From Candidatus Cloacimonadales bacterium (GTDB lineage Bacteria > Cloacimonadota > Cloacimonadia > Cloacimonadales > JAFGVF01), in the NCBI GenBank assembly GCA_963662585.1, contig OY759729.1, positions 2,496,001-2,560,000 of the forward strand: DNA of 64,000 nucleotides. Direction: 5' to 3'. The translations under genes were made by a program, and so were the position numbers. The first letter of the stretch is position 1. Every line of letters begins with the position of its first letter. The notes beneath the pieces are model-generated. The model was given only the letters and a program-made list of their open reading frames with translations, did no database searches and was not told the origin of the DNA. Of this stretch, positions 8,727-17,701 are shown in pieces.

Positions 8727-11700
8727 ATGAAGCAAAGTAAAAAATTTAAATCTTTGTTTGGTCTGATTTTAATGGTAACAACATTATTAATTTCTAGTTG
8801 TGTACTTGATATTACAGAGGTTCATCAGCCTGAAACAGGCTATACAAATAACAAAGTAGTTACAACAATAAGAGCCAATTTTCTGCAAAGCGGAACAGCT
8901 TCTTACTTACTATCAATATTGATGCCCTTGGACTGGGAAATTGCTAATAATCAAATAACTTATAAATTTGCCAATTCTGAGCAACTATATTCTTTCAACT
9001 ATGATGCTTATAACACTAATAGAATAACAGGGCTTGAAGCAGCTCCAACTGGTTACTATTGGTGGTCTGGAATTTCAGAAGAATCAAATGTAGTTATCGG
9101 GGATAAAGCAGTAGCCTATGTTGTTTTTAATACTGGAGATGCAACAGGCGATTATAATTTAAAATATAATATTGGTGATTCTGTAGAAAATGATTTATTT
9201 GCCTACACTTCAGGCGATAAAGCGATCACGCTCACTGCTCAACCCCAAGATGCTAGCTTAAGTGATGGAAGAGTATTTCCTGAATTAAATTCTAATCCTT
9301 GGGATGTGCATTCTTTTGAAGTTATGTACAACTCTCCAAGTAGAACAATTCCGACTTCTTACAAATTATATTTAGATGAGGTGGAATATGATTTAAATCT
9401 TTTAGCTGCTTCTTATCATAATGGTAAATTTGGCTGTGATATTGATTGGATGGAAAAAGGAACTCACGAGTATTACTTCCTATTTGATAATACATTAAGA
9501 TATCCTGCAGGAAGTGAAAATTTAGAAATAACAATAAATGATATCGATGTTTATGACTTTCCTCTAACAGAAAACTTTGAAATAGATAGTCAATCTCTAC
9601 ATTCTTGGGAAATGGATGGCTATTGGCAAATTGAAGCACCAGGTGGTTATAATGGCGACCCTGCTTCTGCTTTTGAAGGAAACATCTCAGCTGGAACTAT
9701 GCTTCTTGGTGATGGATTAACCATTCCTGACTCAATTTCGATTTTAGAATCTCCAATATTTGATGCTCGCAATCAAGAAGAAGTTATCCTAAGTTTCGAC
9801 CACTATTCTATCTTTAGTCAAGACTCTTACTTAGATATAGGTATTCAATTATTTCCAAGCCAAGAGAAAATATTTCATTCTAAAATTTATACTGATTCTG
9901 ATGGTTGGAAGCATGAAATATTAAACTTATCGAATATGGCAGCTGGCCAGCTTTTTAGAGTCTATTTTTATTTTAATACAGAAGCAATTCCTTGTGCTGG
10001 AACTACTATCGATATGGTCTCTTTAGTAGCAACAGCTTATTATGATGCAGAAATGTATTTTACTAATGATATTTCAGTTGCAGATCCAGGATATAACGCT
10101 GAGTTCTTATTTGATCTAGCAAATATAGGCACAGATACTGATACTTATAGCTTTGAAATTTCCGGTATTCCTGAATACAGCTATCAACTACAAAGACAAG
10201 ATTCTGGAGCTAGCACTTGGAGTGATATTGCTTTTACCGGTTTAATTTTAGATGCTGATGGGGCTACTTCTCTTAGATTGATTTCTACAATTCCTCTTGA
10301 TCCAATTAGTGAGAGTGAAGAGATAGAGTTTGTTTTAACCAGTGATAATGGAGTAACGAATTCACAAACTTTAACAACAATGGTGAGACCTTCTATATTG
10401 GGTAATGATAATTATGGCTATATAATGTATAGCTCAGATTACTCTGATTTAGTAGAGTTTAGCTGGATAGATCCAACTAACGCAACAACTATTGAAGAAG
10501 CTGATTTGTATTCCGACACTCCTATAAATTTGGACTTTGGTTTTTCTTATTATGCTAGTAATTATTATTCTATCTATTTAACCCCTTATGCAGGAGTTTC
10601 ATTCGATTATAATAGTGGATATGATAATATAGAATCTATCCCTGGAGCTGATAGTTATAATAATCTCATTGGACTCTACTGGGGTGCACTTGCTTTGGAA
10701 AAAGGGGGAGATGCTTATTATGAGCAAGTTACTCTAGCAGGACAAGCTGCTTTTGTTCTCACTTTTGAAGATTGCTATACATCTAATGATAAGGATGAAA
10801 GCTTTAAGGCTCAACTTATTCTTTTTGAGAATGGTCAGATTAAATTCCAGTATTCAGACATTCCTGATTATGTTAGAGGAACTTACCCTTTAGTCGGAAT
10901 TGAAGATTATAATGGAACAGACGGTATCAACTTCCAAGCAGGCTTTAATGCCCTAAAAAATGATTATGCTCTTCTTTTCTCAAGTGAATTTGTCGCAAAT
11001 AATCCACAACCTGAATCTTACACTTCTACTTTATCAACAACAGATTTAAGTTGGAGTACTACAGGTGACTTCTCTACTATGAAAGTCTATTTTAAAGAGA
11101 GTTCTAACCTCTTTGAAGATAGTGATATTATCTATACAGGCGCTCCGATAGACTATCTTGCCAACAGTATTTTACCTCAACTAAATCTTAATTCTACCTA
11201 TTACTGGCAAATTGTAGGTGAAACTAGTGATGGTTATGAATTAGCTTCCCCTGTTTATGAGTTTAATACAAACCCTGGCTACCTAGCTTCTGGTACAGTT
11301 ACTGATAGTTATACAGAACTGCCTATTGAAGGAGTCTTAGTTGCTCTTATGGATCTTGAAGGAGAATTTAAAAGCTCTAGAGAATCTGTTTATACCGATG
11401 CTAATGGTTATTGGTCAATGACCTTACCTGAAAACGGCTACTATTTCGAATTTACTAAAGATGGTTATGAGACGCAAAGTCAAGTTTACTTAGGACTCTG
11501 GGAAGATACTGTTCTTGATGTCGAAATGAGCAGTGCCAGAGCCTATAATCCTAATCCTGCTAGTGGCTCTCAGAATATTAGTACCTCTCCGACTTTGAGT
11601 TGGATTAACCCTGCTAACTACAACCATACTAAAGTGGAAATAGCCACTAACGAAAATATGACTGATGCTATCCTAGCTTATGACGGTACTTTAATAGATA

Positions 11701-13097
11701 TTTTAAACAATCTACCAATACTAGAGACTTCAACTTACTATTATTGGCAAGTTACCCTTTCCCAAGACGGTTTATCAAACTTCTCAGCAAGTTATATATG
11801 GCGATTTATAACTGACTTTACTGAGGCAGTTCCAACTCCTGATTACACTGAGCAATTCTCTAATTACTCTACTAGAAAAGCCACTAAAGCTTCTTCCGGT
11901 TATTTATTACCAGGTGGAGATTTTGGAGCAGCTCAACAAATAATAAAGACTGATGAAGCAGGTAATATCGTATGGCAACATACTTATTCAACTGCAACAA
12001 GTGTATTTAGAAAAGCTATTGAGATGGATAATGGACATTACTTAGTGATAAGAGATGAAACAACTTCTTATGTCCTAGGTGAAGAGACTGGTCTTAGTGA
12101 AGTTACTTCAAGTGGAGAGATAATTTGGAATCAAAGTTACAAATACTACGAAGGTAATAACTATGCTAATGAAGATGTTGATGATGGTATCATAGACTCT
12201 TCTGGTAATGTAGTAATTTGTGGTGGAACTGGATTTGATGATTGGAATTTCCTTTTAACTAAAGCTTCATTAAATGAAAGTGATCCAATCTGGCAGAAAA
12301 GCTATGGAAATGCAGGTGCTCAAGAAAAATGTCATAGTGTTGTTGAATCTTCTTCAGGTGGATATATTATGGCAGGCTATCGTGCAGGTACTCCTACTAA
12401 TGATATAGGGAATTCTAGAATCTTAGTTATTAAAGTAAATTCAAGTGGTACAACCCAATGGGAATATGAAGAAGATAATGTCAATTCTACTGATGGCATA
12501 ACTACAACAGGTTATAAAGCAATCGAAACAAACGATGGATCAATAATCGTTGTTGGTAATGCCTATAATCATAATACTGATTTTGAAAATAATCAATCAA
12601 TCGTAATAAAGCTATCTGCTTCTGGACAAGAGTTATGGAAAAAGTACTTCCCAATTCAAGATTATGGTACTGCCAAAGATGTTGCTCTTGATGGCCATGG
12701 TAATATATTCCTAGCAGGTATTCCTGATGCAATGAAGTTGGATAGTGATGGCAACCTGCTCTGGTTCTATAATGATGAAGATTACGCAATAGGAAATGAT
12801 TTCTCAAGCATTATGATAACAGACAATGGTTTCACTATTGCAGGAGGAGACAAACTTACTATCTTCGGTGATAATACAAGTGGTCCTCTCCCAATTCCTG
12901 AGAACTTGAGTGTTACTATCATTGGTGATCAAGTAGAATTATCTTGGGGTCTTGTAACAGGGGCTACTTCTTATAGAATAGAATCCTCAACAGAACCTAA
13001 CGGAACTTATGGATATGAAGCTACTTCTCCAACAAATAGCTGGAATGGAACTAGCTCTGGAGAGAGGAAATTCTTTAGAGTTAGAGCAGAAAATTAA
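8727..13097 (+). CDS. Large multidomain surface lipoprotein (Ig/FN3-like modules, carboxypeptidase-regulatory-like domain, beta-propeller-like repeats, C-terminal FN3-like domain)
   Basis: Lipobox LISSC; two NPxP...LSW...YYWQ modules; SGTVTDSYTELPIEGVLV...TDANGYW; repeated 'K.D..G...W...Y' blades; RBS AGGAG. Confidence 0.8.
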   Translation: MKQSKKFKSLFGLILMVTTLLISSCVLDITEVHQPETGYTNNKVVTTIRANFLQSGTASYLLSILMPLDWEIANNQITYKFANSEQLYSFNYDAYNTNRITGLEAAPTGYYWWSGISEESNVVIGDKAVAYVVFNTGDATGDYNLKYNIGDSVENDLFAYTSGDKAITLTAQPQDASLSDGRVFPELNSNPWDVHSFEVMYNSPSRTIPTSYKLYLDEVEYDLNLLAASYHNGKFGCDIDWMEKGTHEYYFLFDNTLRYPAGSENLEITINDIDVYDFPLTENFEIDSQSLHSWEMDGYWQIEAPGGYNGDPASAFEGNISAGTMLLGDGLTIPDSISILESPIFDARNQEEVILSFDHYSIFSQDSYLDIGIQLFPSQEKIFHSKIYTDSDGWKHEILNLSNMAAGQLFRVYFYFNTEAIPCAGTTIDMVSLVATAYYDAEMYFTNDISVADPGYNAEFLFDLANIGTDTDTYSFEISGIPEYSYQLQRQDSGASTWSDIAFTGLILDADGATSLRLISTIPLDPISESEEIEFVLTSDNGVTNSQTLTTMVRPSILGNDNYGYIMYSSDYSDLVEFSWIDPTNATTIEEADLYSDTPINLDFGFSYYASNYYSIYLTPYAGVSFDYNSGYDNIESIPGADSYNNLIGLYWGALALEKGGDAYYEQVTLAGQAAFVLTFEDCYTSNDKDESFKAQLILFENGQIKFQYSDIPDYVRGTYPLVGIEDYNGTDGINFQAGFNALKNDYALLFSSEFVANNPQPESYTSTLSTTDLSWSTTGDFSTMKVYFKESSNLFEDSDIIYTGAPIDYLANSILPQLNLNSTYYWQIVGETSDGYELASPVYEFNTNPGYLASGTVTDSYTELPIEGVLVALMDLEGEFKSSRESVYTDANGYWSMTLPENGYYFEFTKDGYETQSQVYLGLWEDTVLDVEMSSARAYNPNPASGSQNISTSPTLSWINPANYNHTKVEIATNENMTDAILAYDGTLIDILNNLPILETSTYYYWQVTLSQDGLSNFSASYIWRFITDFTEAVPTPDYTEQFSNYSTRKATKASSGYLLPGGDFGAAQQIIKTDEAGNIVWQHTYSTATSVFRKAIEMDNGHYLVIRDETTSYVLGEETGLSEVTSSGEIIWNQSYKYYEGNNYANEDVDDGIIDSSGNVVICGGTGFDDWNFLLTKASLNESDPIWQKSYGNAGAQEKCHSVVESSSGGYIMAGYRAGTPTNDIGNSRILVIKVNSSGTTQWEYEEDNVNSTDGITTTGYKAIETNDGSIIVVGNAYNHNTDFENNQSIVIKLSASGQELWKKYFPIQDYGTAKDVALDGHGNIFLAGIPDAMKLDSDGNLLWFYNDEDYAIGNDFSSIMITDNGFTIAGGDKLTIFGDNTSGPLPIPENLSVTIIGDQVELSWGLVTGATSYRIESSTEPNGTYGYEATSPTNSWNGTSSGERKFFRVRAEN

Positions 13098-13118
13098 GTA
13101 AATAAATATATAAAACGA

Positions 13119-13150
13119 AAAGGACTCTTACTAAGGTGAGAGTCCTTTAT
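13119..13150 (+). terminator. Intrinsic terminator
   Basis: AAAGGACTCT...AGAGTCCTTT hairpin after the lipoprotein gene. Confidence 0.75.
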
Positions 13151-13290
13151 TACTAAAAAACACAATTTTAGCTGTAAAAAAATATTTGACACTTTTCTAT
13201 ATCGGGGATAAAGAATTTTTACTAGTTGAATGTAACTATAGAATTTTCTGTTTATTCAGCTCAAATTTAAATATTTAAGAGAGGCAAACT

Positions 13291-13623
13291 ATGGCGAACT
13301 ATGGTGATTTATTGAAATGGATGGGCTCCCTTTTAGCTATTTTGTTTTTTATATCTTTAATGATTGGTACTGATTCTTCACTAGATGAAGAGCTAGAAGT
13401 ATATAAAAACATGAAAGAAAACTACAATCAAAGCCATCAGCAAAATGAAAGGACTGATTTTGAAGAAGATTATAATTCGGAAACTAATATATCGACCAAA
13501 AAAAAATCAGTTCCCTTAACTCATACTTTTGCTAGAATATTTGCTTCATTTTGGATAATAGTTTTGGCAGTAGGGATGAGAATTACAGGTAGGATTTTAA
13601 AACATAGCAAACGAATACCTTGA
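13291..13623 (+). CDS. Small hypothetical membrane protein (2 TM)
   Basis: Hydrophobic helices at both ends; GAGG RBS; TTGACA upstream at ~13186. Confidence 0.65.
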   Translation: MANYGDLLKWMGSLLAILFFISLMIGTDSSLDEELEVYKNMKENYNQSHQQNERTDFEEDYNSETNISTKKKSVPLTHTFARIFASFWIIVLAVGMRITGRILKHSKRIP

Positions 13624-13707
13624 AGGTTGAAAAAATAAAGAAATAATTATAAATAAATTTAAAAAATATTTGGAAAATCTCTAAAAACTATTACTATATA
13701 TATAAAT

Positions 13708-13722
13708 TTAGACTAATTCTAA
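13708..13722. promoter_or_regulatory. Candidate PerR/Fur box upstream of the regulator (autoregulation)
   Basis: TTAGACTAATTCTAA, one mismatch to TTAnAATnATTnTAA, 34 nt before the start codon. Confidence 0.5.
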
Positions 13723-13756
13723 TATTGTTTAAAAAGTTAGGATAAAAAGGGGAAAA

Positions 13757-14161
13757 ATGAAAGATTACACAAAAATATTGAGAGAAAAAAGTATATCTCC
13801 CTCAATACAAAGAATTAAAATTTTAGAGTTTCTGGATAATAATAGAACTCACCCGACTGTAGATGAAATATTTACTTCCTTAATCCCTGAGATTCCTACC
13901 TTGTCTAAAATGACAATATATAATACCTTAAAGCTATTTTCTGCAAAGGGATTAATTAAGTCTATTCCTAATAGTGAAAATGTTGGACATTATGACTTTA
14001 AGGTCTCTCCACATTCTCATTTTAAGTGTAGGAAATGCAAGAAAGTCTATGATATTGATGTAGATTTAGGAGTGACCATCGGGACTGATATTGATGATTA
14101 TCAAATTGATGAATATAACCTCATTCTTGAAGGCCTATGCAAAGAGTGTAAGAATAAATAA
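13757..14161 (+). CDS. perR: Fur-family repressor, PerR-like
   Basis: HPTVDEI, TIYNTLKLF, HSHFKCRKC and C-terminal CKEC; heads the oxidative-stress cluster. Confidence 0.8.
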   Translation: MKDYTKILREKSISPSIQRIKILEFLDNNRTHPTVDEIFTSLIPEIPTLSKMTIYNTLKLFSAKGLIKSIPNSENVGHYDFKVSPHSHFKCRKCKKVYDIDVDLGVTIGTDIDDYQIDEYNLILEGLCKECKNK

Positions 14162-14222
14162 GTAATAAATAAAATAATAATAATAAAAATAGTTAGTTTA
14201 TAACTATCATTGAGGAGAGTGG

Positions 14223-15398
14223 ATGAAGCCAGTAAAGATTAAGGAAAATGTTTATTGGGTTGGTGGTGTAGATTGGGATTTAAGAAACTTCCATGGCTAT
14301 CTAACTCAAAGAGGTTCAACTTATAATTCATATTTAATAATTGATGAGAAAATAACTTTGATTGATGGAGTAAAACACTACTTATTCCCAGAATTGATTG
14401 AACGAATTTCAGAGATAGTGGATCCAGCTAAAATTGATTATATTATTCATAATCATGTTGAAATGGATCATTCAGGCTCTTTACCTAAGATGCTTCAAGT
14501 AGCTAAGAATGCTCAAATAATAGCCTCTCCTAATGGTGAGAAAGGGCTAAAAGCTCATTATGGTAATGACCTAGATATTAAAGTTGTTAAAACTGGAGAT
14601 ACCCTAAACATAGGTAAAAGAGAGCTATGCTTTGTTTTAACTCCTATGGTTCATTGGCCTGATAATATGGTAACTTGGAGTCCTCAAGACAAGATTCTTT
14701 TCTCTAATGATGCTTTCGGACAGCATATTGCATCTTCAGTTCATTTTGATGATGAATATCCTATGAACACTTTATTTGATGAAGCACAGAAGTATTATGC
14801 TAACATTGTTTTACCTTATGGGGCTCAAGTCCAAAAAGCAATGACAACTGTAAAAGAATTACAGCCTGAAGTTATTGCTCCTAGTCATGGTTTAATCTGG
14901 AGAAAACATATCTCTGAAATTATTAAAAAATATGATAAGTGGGCGTCAAATAATGCTGACGAAAAGGCAGTTATTATCTACGACACCATGTGGGGTTCTA
15001 CAAAGAAATTAGCAAATGCAATAGCAGATGGTTTTGAACATAGTAATGTTCCTTTCCAAATGTTCAATTTGCAATTTAACCACATTTCAGATATTATGAC
15101 CGAACTAGTAGAGGCCAAGTATATCTGTGTAGGTTCTCCAACTCTTAATAATAATATTCTTCCTACCAATGCTAGTTTCTTAACCTACTTAAAAGGTTTA
15201 GCTCCTAAAAATAGAGTAGCTTTAGCTTTTGGTTCTTATGGTTGGGGAGGACAGAGTATTGGCTTAGTTCGTGAAGATTTAGAAAAATGTAAATTTACTA
15301 TGTGGGATGATATCAAATATCAATATATTCCATCCCAAGAATATCTTGAAAAGGTAACAGAGACAATAATTAATAATCTAAAAGAAGAAAAGGAATAA
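14223..15398 (+). CDS. fprA: Flavodiiron protein (FprA; O2/NO reductase)
   Basis: HVEMDHSG, HWPD, SNDAFGQH metallo-beta-lactamase domain plus flavodoxin domain (TMWGST, FGSYGWGG). Confidence 0.95.
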   Translation: MKPVKIKENVYWVGGVDWDLRNFHGYLTQRGSTYNSYLIIDEKITLIDGVKHYLFPELIERISEIVDPAKIDYIIHNHVEMDHSGSLPKMLQVAKNAQIIASPNGEKGLKAHYGNDLDIKVVKTGDTLNIGKRELCFVLTPMVHWPDNMVTWSPQDKILFSNDAFGQHIASSVHFDDEYPMNTLFDEAQKYYANIVLPYGAQVQKAMTTVKELQPEVIAPSHGLIWRKHISEIIKKYDKWASNNADEKAVIIYDTMWGSTKKLANAIADGFEHSNVPFQMFNLQFNHISDIMTELVEAKYICVGSPTLNNNILPTNASFLTYLKGLAPKNRVALAFGSYGWGGQSIGLVREDLEKCKFTMWDDIKYQYIPSQEYLEKVTETIINNLKEEKE

Positions 15399-15402
15399 GG
15401 AA

Positions 15403-15918
15403 ATGATAAAAGAAAGATTAGTTAACGCAATTAATGAACAGATTAATAGAGAACTAAACTCAGAATACATCTATTTAGACATGGCAACCTATTTTGAAAG
15501 TCAAGGTCTTAAAGGTTTTGCTCAATTCTTCAAGGTTCAAGTCCAAGAAGAGAGATTTCATACTATGAAATTCTATCAATATTTAGCAGATAGAGATGGT
15601 AAGATAGTTCTAAAAGAGCTTGCTAATCCTCATCATGAATATAAAACACCTTTAGAGGTTTTTGAGAAGGCTTATGCTCATGAACAATATATAACTAAAT
15701 CAATCAATGACTTAATGTCTATTGCTATTGAAGAAAAAGATTACGCTACTGTAAGTTTACTCAATTGGTTCGTTGATGAGCAAGTTGAAGAAGAAGCTTC
15801 TATGAGCGAAATAATTGATAAATTGAAACTCATCGAAGGATCAGGTCGTGGCCATGGTCTAATGATGTTAGATAAAGAATTTGAGGCAAAAGTATTTACG
15901 CCTCCAACAACAGTTTAA
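15403..15918 (+). CDS. ftn: Non-heme ferritin
   Basis: [29 protein letters not shown] ferroxidase residues. Confidence 0.93.
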   Translation: MIKERLVNAINEQINRELNSEYIYLDMATYFESQGLKGFAQFFKVQVQEERFHTMKFYQYLADRDGKIVLKELANPHHEYKTPLEVFEKAYAHEQYITKSINDLMSIAIEEKDYATVSLLNWFVDEQVEEEASMSEIIDKLKLIEGSGRGHGLMMLDKEFEAKVFTPPTTV

Positions 15919-15956
15919 AGCTTATAGCAAAAAAAATAAATAAGGAGATATTTAAC

Positions 15957-16097
15957 ATGGAAAAATATGAATGCTTAGCATGCGGATATATCTATGATCC
16001 TGCAGAAAACAACAATGTCGCATTTGAAGATTTACCAGAAGAATGGACATGTCCTCTTTGCGGTGTTGGCAAAGATATGTTTCAAGTAGTAGAATAA
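15957..16097 (+). CDS. Rubredoxin 1 (46 aa; not in the ORF track)
   Basis: [46 protein letters not shown]; two CxxCG motifs; RBS AAGGAG. Confidence 0.95.
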   Translation: MEKYECLACGYIYDPAENNNVAFEDLPEEWTCPLCGVGKDMFQVVE

Positions 16098-16104
16098 TTA
16101 TAAT

Positions 16105-16135
16105 AAGAAAGGGTTGGTAACAACCCTTTCTTTTC
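16105..16135 (+). terminator. Intrinsic terminator inside the cluster
   Basis: AGAAAGGGTTG-GTAA-CAACCCTTTCT followed by T-rich tail. Confidence 0.75.
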
Positions 16136-16158
16136 AATTTCTAACAATAAGGAAAATA

Positions 16159-16344
16159 ATGGATAAATATGAATGTGTTGCTTGTGGCTATATCTATGAT
16201 CCTAAAGAACATAAGGATATAGATTTCTTATCACTACCGAAAACTTTTATTTGCCCCAATTGCGGTGCTAAAATAGAGATGTTTCATAAAGTAGTAATCT
16301 TTGATAAAGAGCACTCACCCTTTTATTTTCCTCCTAAAAAATAA
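16159..16344 (+). CDS. Rubredoxin 2 with C-terminal extension
   Basis: [15 protein letters not shown]...FICPNCGA; start reassigned to ATG 16159 after AAGGA. Confidence 0.85.
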   Translation: MDKYECVACGYIYDPKEHKDIDFLSLPKTFICPNCGAKIEMFHKVVIFDKEHSPFYFPPKK

Positions 16345-16385
16345 TAATAATATATAAAAATAGATAAACCTAGATAGGAGAAAGA

Positions 16386-16868
16386 ATGCAAAACTTATCA
16401 GTTAATGAAGTTATTGAATTTGCTTTAAACATAGAAAGAAACGGAAAAGCCTTTTATGAAAGTGCTTTAGGAAGAAAAAATCTAGAAGATAATGCTCGTG
16501 AATTAATTACAATGCTAAGAGATGAAGAGATAGGCCATGAAAAATATTTCAAAACTTTAAGAGATTCTGATGATTTAGCAGAGTTAGTAGATCCTGATGG
16601 TTGGGATATGACTTCTTCCTACCTTGACTCAATCATAAAAGCTCATATTTTTCACAAAGAAGGTGCTTCCATTCAATTAGCTGTAGATGCTAAAGATACT
16701 GCAGAAATAATCAAATTTGCTATGCAGTTTGAAAAAGACACACTTCTCTATTTCCATACTCTTTATGGCGAAACTAAAGATATTAAAGCCCAAAAGGCAA
16801 TCTTCAGTATCATCAAAGAAGAGATGAAACATTTGAAGAAATTACAAGATATTTCTAAAGATTTCTAG
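16386..16868 (+). CDS. Ferritin-like / rubrerythrin-family diiron protein
   Basis: ALNIERNG..FY, DEEIGH, AMQFEKDT..YF, EEMKH. Confidence 0.88.
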   Translation: MQNLSVNEVIEFALNIERNGKAFYESALGRKNLEDNARELITMLRDEEIGHEKYFKTLRDSDDLAELVDPDGWDMTSSYLDSIIKAHIFHKEGASIQLAVDAKDTAEIIKFAMQFEKDTLLYFHTLYGETKDIKAQKAIFSIIKEEMKHLKKLQDISKDF

Positions 16869-16877
16869 AGTATTATA

Positions 16878-17360
16878 ATGTCTGAATTATTCCCTAAAGA
16901 TGCAGTAGCACCAGATTTTTCTTTAGCAAACAGTGAAGATTTATTTATCTCCAAAGCAGATTATCAAGGTAAGTGGTTACTGCTCTATTTTTACCCTAAA
17001 GATGATACTCCAGGTTGCACTCTTGAAGCTAAAGATTTTTCCTTTTATCTTGAGGATTTTAGTAAGCTGGGTGTAAAAATAGTCGGGGTTAGCAAAGATT
17101 CTAGTAAAAGCCACTGTAATTTTATCACTAAACATGATTTAAAAATTGAACTTCTTAGCGACCCTGAGTTAGTAACAGTCAAGGCCTACAAAGCCTGGGG
17201 CCTTAAGAAAAACTATGGAAAAGAGTATGAAGGTCTAATTAGATCAACATTCTTAATAAATCCTCAAGGTTATATAGCTAAATATTGGTCTAATGTGAGA
17301 GCGAAAGGCCATGCAGAGAGAATACTAAAAGAAACAAGAAAAATAATTGGGAATGAATAA
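16878..17360 (+). CDS. bcp: Peroxiredoxin Bcp/PrxQ
   Basis: YFYPKDDTPGCTLEA, GVSKD, RSTFLI. Confidence 0.93.
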   Translation: MSELFPKDAVAPDFSLANSEDLFISKADYQGKWLLLYFYPKDDTPGCTLEAKDFSFYLEDFSKLGVKIVGVSKDSSKSHCNFITKHDLKIELLSDPELVTVKAYKAWGLKKNYGKEYEGLIRSTFLINPQGYIAKYWSNVRAKGHAERILKETRKIIGNE

Positions 17361-17376
17361 TCAAAAAGGAGAAAAT

Positions 17377-17631
17377 ATGCAAAAAGATTATATGATTATC
17401 TTGGTTAATGCCAGAAAAGAAGAAGCTGTTACTGTTCAAAAGATTTTAACCGAATGGGGATGTTATATTAAAACTAGATTAGGACTTCATGGTGGAGTTT
17501 TAGATGATTGTTCTCAAAATGGAACTATCTTTTTAGAATTAGCTGGAGACAAAGAGAAACACATTGAGATGGAAAGAAAACTCAACTTGCTTAAAGGTGT
17601 TTCTGCAAAAATGATCGATATGGAAGTTTAA
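17377..17631 (+). CDS. ACT-like protein, TM1266 / iron-only hydrogenase system regulator family
   Basis: VQKILTEWGCYIKTRLGLH...GTIFLEL; start reassigned to ATG 17377 after AAGGAG. Confidence 0.7.
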   Translation: MQKDYMIILVNARKEEAVTVQKILTEWGCYIKTRLGLHGGVLDDCSQNGTIFLELAGDKEKHIEMERKLNLLKGVSAKMIDMEV

Positions 17632-17655
17632 TTTACTGCTAAAAAAATTAGATTA

Positions 17656-17696
17656 AATCCCCTCATCTTATTCTAATAAAATGAGGGGATTTTTAT
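17656..17696. terminator. Bidirectional terminator between convergent genes
   Basis: AAATCCCCTCAT...ATGAGGGGATTT. Confidence 0.75.
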
Positions 17697-17701
17697 AAAA
17701 T

